Shown here: positions 26,554-34,783 of the stretch, one piece after another
Numbering within the stretch: the first letter of the stretch is position 1
Layout: the number at the start of each line of letters is the position of its first letter
Assembly (NCBI GenBank): GCA_943358395.1
Contig: CALRGY010000002.1
Coordinates: 1-58,166, forward strand
Direction: 5' to 3'
Origin: Candidatus Uhrbacteria bacterium
Lineage (GTDB): Bacteria; Patescibacteriota; Patescibacteriia; UBA9934
DNA: 58,166 bases
The notes under the pieces: model-generated
The model's database searches: none
Seen by the model: the letters and a program-made list of their open reading frames with translations, nothing else
Told to the model about the DNA's origin: nothing
Position numbers and translations under genes: made by a program

Positions 26554-28073
26554 CGCTGAAACCATCGTTGCCAACCCTCATCGTAGAGACGGACGAGAAT
26601 TTGATTATCGAGTGTGTTGATTGCGGTATCGATCTTTTGCATATCGGTATCGAGCACAAAGAGCGTTGGGAGAATGTCTGGCGTGAGGTATTTTGTCGGC
26701 ACATCAATGGTGAACGAAGGCAGAGTGGTGTTGGACGCAAGAACAAACCCCCATGGGCCAAATGACGGAACATTCACGGTATACGGCAGAACAGTGCCGA
26801 AGACTGCATTGAGTGTATTGGCAATGCACCAATAGGCAGAACGCGAAAAGTACGGAGACGTTGCTTGCGTCACAACGGTGCCACCAACGGCAAGATGTTG
26901 CGCAACGAGTCTGTAGAATTCCGTAGTGTAGAGCTTTCCGAGCGCGATGTCGTTCGGGTCAGGGAGATCGATGAGAATCACGGAGTATCGTTCATTCGTT
27001 TGCTCAAGATACGTTTGTGCATCTTGGTTGACGACGGTAACTTTTGGATTTTGAAGCGCATGCTCGTTTAATGCGACGATAAGGGGGTGGGCTGTTCCCA
27101 GTGCGGTCATTGCAGGATCGAGATCGACAAGAGTTACACGTCGAACTTCTGAATAGTTGAGAACTTCTCGTGCCGCTAAACCGTCACCGCCACCAAGAAT
27201 AAGAACGGATTCGCGTGTTGCCGCGGCGCTCATCGGAATATGAACGAGCGCTTCATGGTAGCGATATTCGTCGATACTGCTGAATTGTAAACTTCCATTG
27301 AGGAATAATCGAAGATCGTCGTGGAATTGTGTGAGAACGATATTTTGATAGAGCGATTGTTTGGAATAGAGGATTTCATCGCTATAGAGCTTTTGTTCAA
27401 AGAACGATACTGCCGGTGCGGTAAAAGAAACACCGATGAAAAGAAAAACGGCAGCAAAGAGCGTTGCGATGCCAAGGCGTTTGCCGTGAGCGATGTGTGA
27501 GCGGAACGCAAAGAGGGTTATTGCCGCGGCGATAATGTTGATGATGCCAATGGCAAAGGCGGATCGCATCAATCCAAGTTGCGGTAACAAGAAGAGTGCA
27601 AAGGCAACTGACGCAAGAAGTGATCCAAGATAATCGGCAGTAAACACGTGGGCGACGGCATGGGAAAGCTTTTGATGTTGCTCAACGATGCGGGTCATGA
27701 TGGGAATTTCAAAGCCGATCAGTGTACCAATCGCGCCGATGGAGAGTAGGACGCAGAAGTAAAAATAGGGCGTAAATGTGAACGCCGCATAAAGAAAGAG
27801 CGTTGAAAATCCACCAACGATACTCAAGAGAATTTCAATGAAAATAAATTTTTCCAGCAAACGGTGCTCGATGCGCTTTGAGAGCAGTGATCCGAATCCC
27901 ATGAAGGAAAGAAAGAGCCCGATGGTGAGCGAAAAATGCGTAATGCTATTCCCAAGAAAATACGACGAAACACTGCCCATGAGCAGTTCATAGGCGAGTG
28001 CGCACATGGCAACGAGAAATGTCGATGCAAGCAATGCGCCAACCTTCCGGTACGACGACGTTTCGGTTGGCAT
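26550..28073 (-). CDS. speE: Spermidine synthase-like aminopropyltransferase with N-terminal multi-TM domain
   Basis: About 7 TM helices, then VLILGGGDGLAAREVL, LVDLDP and ILIDLPDP motifs. Confidence 0.85.
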   Translation of the reverse strand: MPTETSSYRKVGALLASTFLVAMCALAYELLMGSVSSYFLGNSITHFSLTIGLFLSFMGFGSLLSKRIEHRLLEKFIFIEILLSIVGGFSTLFLYAAFTFTPYFYFCVLLSIGAIGTLIGFEIPIMTRIVEQHQKLSHAVAHVFTADYLGSLLASVAFALFLLPQLGLMRSAFAIGIINIIAAAITLFAFRSHIAHGKRLGIATLFAAVFLFIGVSFTAPAVSFFEQKLYSDEILYSKQSLYQNIVLTQFHDDLRLFLNGSLQFSSIDEYRYHEALVHIPMSAAATRESVLILGGGDGLAAREVLNYSEVRRVTLVDLDPAMTALGTAHPLIVALNEHALQNPKVTVVNQDAQTYLEQTNERYSVILIDLPDPNDIALGKLYTTEFYRLVAQHLAVGGTVVTQATSPYFSRSAYWCIANTLNAVFGTVLPYTVNVPSFGPWGFVLASNTTLPSFTIDVPTKYLTPDILPTLFVLDTDMQKIDTAINTLDNQILVRLYDEGWQRWFQR

Positions 28074-28079
28074 AGAGCG

Positions 28080-28292
28080 TTATCCGTGAATGGCAGCGGC
28101 GATAATGATGCATGTGCCAAGAATGCCGCTCCCAACCACAATCGCAAGGGCGGTGTTTTGATCCTTCGCGAGCTGTTTGCCTAAATGACCAGGCGTCATC
28201 ATGTCCATCACAAAGAACGATACTAATGCTAACGCGAGACCAATGGCACCAAAGAGCACAGATTCAAGGACACTGATCCAAAGAAGGTCCAT
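28080..28292 (-). CDS. DUF350 small membrane protein
   Basis: 70 aa, two to three TM helices. Classic neighbour of membrane-type SpeE. Confidence 0.7.
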   Translation of the reverse strand: MDLLWISVLESVLFGAIGLALALVSFFVMDMMTPGHLGKQLAKDQNTALAIVVGSGILGTCIIIAAAIHG

Positions 28293-28301
28293 ATAAAGGT
28301 T

Positions 28302-28453
28302 TAGGACTTTCTCATTTTAGGATAGTTTCGATGAAGATCGAGGAAAATTCGTAAGACGTACTTCATGGTACGTTGAACGATTTTCCGATGATCTGACCCC
28401 GCCGTTCGCGAACAGCGGGGTGAGTCGAAAATAGACAAAATGAGGAAGGACTA
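28302..28453. repeat. LHE copy 4 (variant II with nested GC hairpin), intercistronic
   Basis: TAGGACTTTCTCATTTT...AAAATGAGGAAGGACTA. Body CGATGAAGATCGAGGAAAATTCG-TAAG-ACGTAC-TTCATG-GTACGT. Nested CCCCGCCGTTCGCGAACAGCGGGG. Confidence 0.85.
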
Positions 28454-28456
28454 AGA

Positions 28457-28675
28457 TTATTTTCCAACGTCGGTTCCTCCGCCCGTTGTACTGCGTGAAT
28501 TAAAAATGCTGCGTAGCCCTCGGCGTGACGACGAAGATGTGCACGGAACGGTGGTGACCGTTCCATCTTCTGCGGTGGTGGTACAAGGTTGCCGATCGCT
28601 CCACATCCATGACCCTATGATGGCTGCGCCACCAAGACCAAGCACAGCAAGAAGAGTTTTCACATTGAATGGCAT
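28457..28675 (-). CDS. Small membrane protein (hypothetical)
   Basis: 72 aa from MPFNVKTLLAVLGLGGAAIIGSWMW with one TM helix. First gene of the DUF350-speE string. Confidence 0.45.
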   Translation of the reverse strand: MPFNVKTLLAVLGLGGAAIIGSWMWSDRQPCTTTAEDGTVTTVPCTSSSSRRGLRSIFNSRSTTGGGTDVGK

Positions 28676-28728
28676 ATGCAGGAAAAGTATACCGTACAAT
28701 TTTCCTTCATGTTGAATAGTATTTATTT

Positions 28729-28803
28729 GGCTAATATTAGCCGAATACTATTGACAAAAGTCCATTTTTATGGCATAGTAACGCCATGGACAGTCGTATC
28801 TAG
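28729..28803 (+). promoter_or_regulatory. Conserved regulatory cassette copy 2 (palindrome, -35/-10, mini-ORF MDSRI*)
   Basis: GGCTAATATTAGCC (28729-28742), TTGACA (28751-28756), 17-nt spacer, CATAGT (28774-28779), ATG 28786, TAG 28801-28803. Confidence 0.6.
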
Positions 28804-28804
28804 T

Positions 28805-28941
28805 CGGGCTTTCGCCTTTCGCCTTTGGTCTCTTTTCGAATCAGCTCATCGGAAACGTCTTCAACGTACCAAGAAGTACGTCTCAGACGATTTCCTCGAT
28901 CTTCATCGAAAATAGCCTCAAATGCGGAACCCCTATCACGC
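28805..28941. repeat. LHE copy 5 (degenerate ends), inserted in the leader of cassette copy 2
   Basis: GGTCTCTTTTCGAATCAGCTCATCGGAAACGTCTTCA-ACGTAC-CAAGAA-GTACGT-CTCAGACGATTTCCTCGATCTTCATCGAAAATAGCC. Confidence 0.75.
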
Positions 28942-28959
28942 ATACACATCGAGATCACC

Positions 28960-28987
28960 AAAACTCCCGCCCTTCGGCGGGAGTTTT
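28960..28987 (+). terminator. Intrinsic terminator/attenuator hairpin, second identical copy
   Basis: AAAACTCCCGCC-CTTC-GGCGGGAGTTTT, 15 nt before ATG 29002. Confidence 0.7.
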
Positions 28988-29001
28988 GGTACACTAGAGC
29001 C

Positions 29002-29853
29002 ATGTCTCTTGATTCACTGACGAGCTTGATTATTTCTCCACGGAACGACGTTGAGTCGATGACGATTGTTGCGCTTGCGGAGGCATTGCATATTCCGTGC
29101 ATTGTTTCGGCACAGCCACATGGGGCAACGCTGGATGTTGAGCCTGGATTGATTGATCGTATTCGGGAGGCGAATCCGGTGGCGCACGACATCGTGATTG
29201 TTGAAATGCCCAGCATTGCAAAGGAAGATGCGCTGCGTGAGCTGGGGTTTGATGTGCATATCGTCGACCATCATCGGTACGAAACGCTCGATAGAATGCA
29301 GAAGGAAAGCTCGTTGGAGCAGGTGCGAGCACTTTTTGACATGAACGATGCAGCGGTTGCTGCTGCGGGATTTGATCCAGTGTTGATTCGTGGTGTGGGG
29401 CTCATCGATCGTGGATTTGTGTGGGAATTAGCAAAAGAGCATGTACCCGAGGCTGATCGCAAGCGGATGATTGCATATTATCGTGCGCAAAATACGATAC
29501 TCGATCCAGATCAGATACAGGGAGAGCGTGCCGCAAAGAAGGCGTGGGATGCGCGAAGCGTGATCGAAGGTGTGATCGTCGTTTCTGTCACCGATCCCGC
29601 ATTGCGGATTCGTGAATCCCTTTCATTTCTTGCCGCAGAAGCATTCGCGGAGGCTCCGGCAACGATCATTCATCAGCCTGGGCGTATGGCATATATGCAA
29701 GAAACATCTACGGCATCGGTATTGCAGCGTACCTTTGGCGGATTCACATTTGGACAAGATTTGTGTTGGGGAAAACCGGTGGATGCGCAGGGGAATATTC
29801 CAAGCGTCGAAGAAATTCTTGCCGCGCACCACTTGGCACTGATGACGCGATGA
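29002..29853 (+). CDS. Hypothetical protein, possibly DHH-type phosphoesterase-like
   Basis: 283 aa from MSLDSLTSL. PRNDVES...IVIVEMPS...HIVDHH spacing resembles DHH motifs I-III (weak). The track start 28825 reads through LHE copy 5. Confidence 0.55.
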   Translation: MSLDSLTSLIISPRNDVESMTIVALAEALHIPCIVSAQPHGATLDVEPGLIDRIREANPVAHDIVIVEMPSIAKEDALRELGFDVHIVDHHRYETLDRMQKESSLEQVRALFDMNDAAVAAAGFDPVLIRGVGLIDRGFVWELAKEHVPEADRKRMIAYYRAQNTILDPDQIQGERAAKKAWDARSVIEGVIVVSVTDPALRIRESLSFLAAEAFAEAPATIIHQPGRMAYMQETSTASVLQRTFGGFTFGQDLCWGKPVDAQGNIPSVEEILAAHHLALMTR

Positions 29854-30557
29854 CTATGGACGACACCCACGATGACGTTTTTCTTCTTGCGCAAAAGGAC
29901 GCTGAACGCATTATGGCGGAAAAGCCGAGTGTATTCGAGGCGTTTTTCGCAATGATCGCGATTGCGCCTTCAGGGAAGGACGTGATTGCGCCACAATATT
30001 CCGATCGTCGGAATGAGATTCTTCGGCGATTTGGCTTAGAGAATGCGTATGAAAAATTTCTCATCGAGCTGTGTTGGAGCTATCCAGACAGTACAGATTT
30101 TTTCTCCACGCCGGGGAATGAGGCGGAATTTGCCACATTTCCAGCGCGAGCAGGGAAAGCGGGGCTGAATGTTGGGCTATTTCTCGATGCCTTACTTGCC
30201 GCTGTCCTCATCGATGATCGGAAAAAGCATCCAGGCACACTCGAAGCGTTTCATCGTTTTGTTGCAGCAGAATACGTCGTTATGCCCGAGCGCTTTGCGG
30301 CACGACAGGCGCAGCAGGCGCATGCGCGAAAACTTCGGATGAAGGCGATTTTGCGGGAATGCGGTTTAGCGCCAGAGATGCTATTCGAGCGCCTCAATAT
30401 TGGTTTAGGACCGGAACGTGGTGTGGTTATGGAGGGCGTGTACGAAATGATTCGTGGAGAATCCGTGGGTGCACAATTTGGTATTCATACCGAATATCTT
30501 CAGGAATGTGCACGAAATGCCGCGGGTCAGCTTTCGAAGGAAGGGCTTTCCGTGTAA
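29850..30557 (+). CDS. Hypothetical protein
   Basis: 235 aa. ATGA start/stop overlap with the upstream gene. No family recognised. Confidence 0.5.
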   Translation: MTMDDTHDDVFLLAQKDAERIMAEKPSVFEAFFAMIAIAPSGKDVIAPQYSDRRNEILRRFGLENAYEKFLIELCWSYPDSTDFFSTPGNEAEFATFPARAGKAGLNVGLFLDALLAAVLIDDRKKHPGTLEAFHRFVAAEYVVMPERFAARQAQQAHARKLRMKAILRECGLAPEMLFERLNIGLGPERGVVMEGVYEMIRGESVGAQFGIHTEYLQECARNAAGQLSKEGLSV

Positions 30558-30568
30558 AATGCGTTCAT

Positions 30569-31126
30569 ATGATCGCCTCTCTTGATGGCATTGTTTCCGG
30601 CATCGAATCCGATGGAATCCTTTTGGAAGTGAATGGTATTGGGTACCGGGTGTACATGGGCCGGGTGCAGACGGAAGTTGGCGACAGATTGCGGTGCTGG
30701 ATTAGCGAAATTATTCGGGAGGATAAGCACGACCTATACGGATTCGCGCATCGAACTGATCAGGCGTTGTTTGAACAGTTGATGAGCGTTTCTGGTGTTG
30801 GCCCGAAACTTGCGTTAAAGATTCTTTCCGTTGGCACCACGGAAGACGTTGTACGACATATCCAAATGGACGACGTGGCATTTCTCACGTCGATCAGCGG
30901 CGTGGGGAAGAAAACCGCACAGAAGATTATTTTGGATTTGAAGGGTGTGCTTGTTTTGGAGAATACGAATAATGCTTCGAATACGACCTATTCAGAAGTT
31001 TCAGACGCATTAGAAAGTCTTGGCTATTCAAAAGCGGATATTGCCGACATCGCGAAGGACATTCTTGGAGAAACCACAGAATCCCGCGTGAAATCTGCAC
31101 TGAAACTGTTATCGCGTCACGTATGA
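30569..31126 (+). CDS. ruvA: Holliday junction branch migration protein RuvA
   Basis: MIASLDG.V.......LLEVNGIGYRV, L.SVSGVGPK.AL.IL and ISGVGKKTAQKI helix-hairpin-helix motifs. Confidence 0.88.
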   Translation: MIASLDGIVSGIESDGILLEVNGIGYRVYMGRVQTEVGDRLRCWISEIIREDKHDLYGFAHRTDQALFEQLMSVSGVGPKLALKILSVGTTEDVVRHIQMDDVAFLTSISGVGKKTAQKIILDLKGVLVLENTNNASNTTYSEVSDALESLGYSKADIADIAKDILGETTESRVKSALKLLSRHV

Positions 31127-32154
31127 GCGTCGAATATACCCAAGAACAGTGGAATGCCCTTGTCGCACCATTCGCGCCCATCAGTGGTGCATTTTTGCAG
31201 AGCTTTGCCTGGGGAGAGTTTCAGCAATCGCAGGGAAGGGAAGTGAAGAGAATAGTCGTGAACGTGAACCCTCTTTTATTTATGGGGGAGTTAGGAGGGG
31301 GCGGGGGACCGAGGGGGGCTGAGCCGCAGGGGACTCGTACCGCGATCGCTCAAGCGGTGAAGTTGAAGGCACCTCTCCGCATGACGTACTGGCTGGTGCC
31401 GAAGGGCCCAATTGGCGACGCGTCATCGACGGCGATGCGAGATAGCGTGGTCGCTGCACTCGGAGCTAGCACCGATTATATCCGCACCGAATCCGCAGAA
31501 CGCCTGCCACGATCGATCGCCACGAAAGACATGCACCCCCACACCACACGTCTTATCGACCTTACGCAGGGATACGATGCAGTTTTTGGTGATTTTCATA
31601 CTCGCGTGCGATACAACACGAGGCTTGCAAAGAAGAAGGGCGTGATCTGCGAATTCGTTAGCCTCGACCGTTTTGAGGAATTCGTTGAACTCATGAAGCA
31701 AACCGCCGAGCGAGACGAGTTTTCGATTCACGAGATCGCGTATTACCGATCGATGATCGAAAGGCTCGGCGCCGAGCCATCGTGCCACGCAAAGCTGGCC
31801 ATTGCATCGAAGGATGGCACGCCCCTTGCTGCCACGCTCACCATCGACGCATTCGGTACAAGAACGTATCTGCACGGCGCATCCGGAAATATGATGCGCG
31901 AGCTGAAAGCAACCCACGTTCTGCAAGACTTCGTCATCCACGATGCCATCACTTCCGGCATGATCCGTTACGATTTCTGGGGCATCGCCCCCGAAGGATC
32001 CTCATCAAAACATCCCTGGGCCGGCATCACCGAATTCAAAAAAGCCTTCGGAGGATACGTCTATGCCACCGCCGGAACATTCGATATTCCAGTGAATATT
32101 CCAAAGTACATCATCTATCGTGTAGCAAAAGCGGTGAGGGGAGTGGTGAGGTGA
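31123..32154 (+). CDS. FemAB-family peptidyltransferase (lipid II amino-acid transferase, FemX/MurM-like) with in-frame repeat insertion
   Basis: FLQS..WGEFQ, R.N.R.A.K.G and YLHGAS...R...A.H.LQ...I patterns. Confidence 0.8.
   Translation: MSVEYTQEQWNALVAPFAPISGAFLQSFAWGEFQQSQGREVKRIVVNVNPLLFMGELGGGGGPRGAEPQGTRTAIAQAVKLKAPLRMTYWLVPKGPIGDASSTAMRDSVVAALGASTDYIRTESAERLPRSIATKDMHPHTTRLIDLTQGYDAVFGDFHTRVRYNTRLAKKKGVICEFVSLDRFEEFVELMKQTAERDEFSIHEIAYYRSMIERLGAEPSCHAKLAIASKDGTPLAATLTIDAFGTRTYLHGASGNMMRELKATHVLQDFVIHDAITSGMIRYDFWGIAPEGSSSKHPWAGITEFKKAFGGYVYATAGTFDIPVNIPKYIIYRVAKAVRGVVR
31270..31331 (+). repeat. GPE copy inside the femX-like gene
   Basis: CTCTTTTATTTATGGGGGAGTTAGGAGGGGGCGGGGGACCGAGGGGGGCTGAGCCGCAGGGG, translated PLLFMGELGGGGGPRGAEPQG. 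Confidence 0.75.
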
Positions 32155-32156
32155 TG

Positions 32157-32280
32157 AGGGGTTTTCGAATTTTAGGCTATTTTCGGTGCGCAAGGAGCAA
32201 AGTTCGTGAGACGTACTTAACGGTACGTTGAACGAATTTGTGACGAAGTAAGCCGAAAAGAGACAAAATGGGAAAACCCT
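32157..32280. repeat. LHE copy 6 between convergent genes
   Basis: AGGGGTTTTCGAATTTT...AAAATGGGAAAACCCT ends. The body is nearly identical to copies at 39384 and 55094. Confidence 0.85.
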
Positions 32281-32287
32281 AAATGAG

Positions 32288-33553
32288 TTACGGCAGCAAA
32301 CTAAACTTTTCCTGATGAATCCTGTGATGCGGCACTTTGAGAGCTAAAAGTTGAGTACGGATGGCGGCAACCATGCCTTGGGGGCCGCAGAGGAAGATGT
32401 CGGTGTTTTTGGGATCGAGGTGGCGTAAGGCGGCTTCGGCGGTGAGGAAGCCTTGCTCTTTGCTTTTCCACAACACCACGTTGAGATTCGGTTTTTGTGC
32501 ACGCATGCGGGCAATATCGTCGGCAACGGCGTTCTCTGTTTCGTCGGAAATAGCATAGAACAGAGTGGCGGAGTATTCGCTGGGGAGGGATTCCGCGAAG
32601 GCAAGAAACGGGGTGATGCCAATACCGCCAGCAATCCAGCACTGCGTTTTTCCGCCGGCGTTGTACGTAAAGCTTCCGTACGGCCCTTCCACCATTGCTT
32701 CGTCACCGATAACAATATTTTGGAGGGTATTCGTGAAGTCGCCGAGTTTTTTCGCCACAAAACGAATAGAGCCGTCGGCACTAGACCCGGCGATGGTGAA
32801 TGGATGCTCTTCAGCCTTCACGCCGTTGCTCATGTACGTGACGTAGGCAAACTGCCCCGGGCGAAGATCGAAGCCCTGGTTTTTTGGCGTTAATGTTACG
32901 TCAACGAATTTTTCGTTTACCACGCGAACGTTGGTAACGACATACGGTGTTCGATGCACAAAAAGCTTATGAAACAGCACACGGTACACAATAGCGAGCA
33001 CACCAAGTCCCAGGAAGAGCACAAAAAGGATGCGGAGCGCGGGGACGGATTGAATGCCGCCAGAAATGAAAATGCCATGGAGTGCGCCAAGAAGGAACGC
33101 GAGGGCAAGGTATCGGTGCACTTTTTTCCAAATATGGTACGGCAGGCGAATGTAATATGTGCACACAATGCAGAACGCCATGAGAATCAGCCCTAGAACG
33201 CCAAGGGTTTTAATGATGTCACCCACGGGAAGTAAGAATAGCGCAGCATCTTTGGGGGAAAATTGCGCAATCGGCCACACAAGAAAGAGGGGATGGAGGA
33301 GAAGCGCGATGAGTGCGCCGGTGCCGATGAGCTGATGCGCCCGATACGACTGCCCAAGGCTGCCGAAGATTTTTTCTTGCACCGGCAAGCGAACGGCGAG
33401 GAGTAGCGCGAGGGTAAAAGCGGCAAAGCCAATCACGCCTAATGTGCTACCAATGAAGTTCATCGAAAGCGTTGGCGACGTTGCACTGAGCCAGAGGGCT
33501 AAGGGAAGGGTGAGAAAGAGCGTGACGGGAATGGTGCCGGTGGGGATGCGCAT
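32288..33553 (-). CDS. Ferric-reductase-like transmembrane protein with FAD/NAD(P)-binding (FNR-like) domain
   Basis: Six TM helices with conserved His residues, then HPFTIAGS and GGIGITPF motifs. Confidence 0.75.
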   Translation of the reverse strand: MRIPTGTIPVTLFLTLPLALWLSATSPTLSMNFIGSTLGVIGFAAFTLALLLAVRLPVQEKIFGSLGQSYRAHQLIGTGALIALLLHPLFLVWPIAQFSPKDAALFLLPVGDIIKTLGVLGLILMAFCIVCTYYIRLPYHIWKKVHRYLALAFLLGALHGIFISGGIQSVPALRILFVLFLGLGVLAIVYRVLFHKLFVHRTPYVVTNVRVVNEKFVDVTLTPKNQGFDLRPGQFAYVTYMSNGVKAEEHPFTIAGSSADGSIRFVAKKLGDFTNTLQNIVIGDEAMVEGPYGSFTYNAGGKTQCWIAGGIGITPFLAFAESLPSEYSATLFYAISDETENAVADDIARMRAQKPNLNVVLWKSKEQGFLTAEAALRHLDPKNTDIFLCGPQGMVAAIRTQLLALKVPHHRIHQEKFSLLP

Positions 33554-33646
33554 ATTGCTGGATAGGATAGCGGAAAATTCTCATCTTGTGCACAGCAAAA
33601 ACAGACGTTGAACACATTCTGTACACAGGCGTGATAAAATACAGGA

Positions 33647-34783
33647 ATGAGAATTGGAATCGACGCAAGATTCTATGGTCCACGCGTTGGCGGTGGCGGC
33701 TTAGGTCGTTACACTGAGGAGTTGGTGACGGCGTTGCAAGCGGTGGATACAGAAAATGAATATGTGCTGTTTTTGGGGAAAGAGAACATGCATGAATGCC
33801 GAATTACGAATGCGAAGTTTACGAAGCGTATGGTCGACGTACCGTGGTATTCGCTGGCAGAGCAGACGCAGATGCCCCGGCACATTGCGCTTGCGAAGGT
33901 GAATATCATGCACTATCCACACTGGAATATCCCCATGTTTTCCCGTGTGCCGTTTGTGGTAACCATCCATGACCTTATTCTCCTTGAAGACCAAGCTTCT
34001 GCGCGTGCAACAACTCAGAATGCGTTTGTGCACGGCATAAAAAGCATTGCGCATCGGCTGGTGCTGGAGGCAGCAATCCACCGAAGCAAGCACATTGTCG
34101 CGATATCCGAATATACGAAACGATCGATTCTTGAGCATTTCCGTGTTCCAGCAGGGAAAATATCGGTGGTGCATAACGGCGTGCGCCCGCCCCACGGCGC
34201 AGAAACCGTTTCGCTCGAATCATTGGGCATCGATGAACCGTACATCCTTTCCGTGGGCAATGCGTATCCACATAAAAATATCGAAACGACGCTTCTCGCA
34301 TTTCGTGCGCTGTGCGATTCCGATGCGCGCACCATGCTTGTTCTTGCCGGAAAGCGCGATATGTTCACGAAAAAGCTGGAAGCGTTTGTACGAGAGATTG
34401 GTATTCCGCAGAATCGTATTCGGTTTATCGACACGCCAAGCGATGCGGTGCTCGCGAGGTTGTATACTAGCGCTGTACTCTTTGTGATTGCTTCACGCAT
34501 TGAAGGCTTTGGCATTCCGCCGTTAGAGGCATTGGCGTTCGGTGTGCCTGTTGCGGCAAGCCGAGCGTCATCATTACCGGAAGTGTTGGGGGAAACGGTG
34601 CGATATTTTGAGCCCAATGATGCCAGTGCTCTTACGGCACTGATGCGCGATGCTATGCACCGCCCAGAACAATGGGAACGGTTCCGTGTTCCTGGCATGC
34701 GGCGTGCAGAGGGGTATTCGTGGAAAAAGGCAGCCACAGCAATGCGTGATGTCTATCGAAATTTTGCAGATCGACGATTGTGA
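33647..34783 (+). CDS. Glycosyltransferase family 4
   Basis: C-terminal EGFGIPPLEALAFGVPV..S..SSLPEV motif. Confidence 0.8.
   Translation: MRIGIDARFYGPRVGGGGLGRYTEELVTALQAVDTENEYVLFLGKENMHECRITNAKFTKRMVDVPWYSLAEQTQMPRHIALAKVNIMHYPHWNIPMFSRVPFVVTIHDLILLEDQASARATTQNAFVHGIKSIAHRLVLEAAIHRSKHIVAISEYTKRSILEHFRVPAGKISVVHNGVRPPHGAETVSLESLGIDEPYILSVGNAYPHKNIETTLLAFRALCDSDARTMLVLAGKRDMFTKKLEAFVREIGIPQNRIRFIDTPSDAVLARLYTSAVLFVIASRIEGFGIPPLEALAFGVPVAASRASSLPEVLGETVRYFEPNDASALTALMRDAMHRPEQWERFRVPGMRRAEGYSWKKAATAMRDVYRNFADRRL

Noticed and set aside
28390-28440. Hammerhead-ribozyme-like string in variant II LHE copies (CTGA-[CCCCGC...GCGGGG]-TGAGTCGAAA).
   Set aside because: The CUGANGA box is incomplete because the stem follows CUGA directly. 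There are no proper stem I/III and cleavage-site context. The element occurs in both orientations with respect to transcription.
33575-33625. TGTGCACA ... TGTACACA motifs in the divergent region between the ferric-reductase-like gene and the first GT4 gene as a possible operator pair.
   Set aside because: The motifs are short and occur only once in the window, with no regulator gene nearby. This is not enough evidence for a regulatory call.
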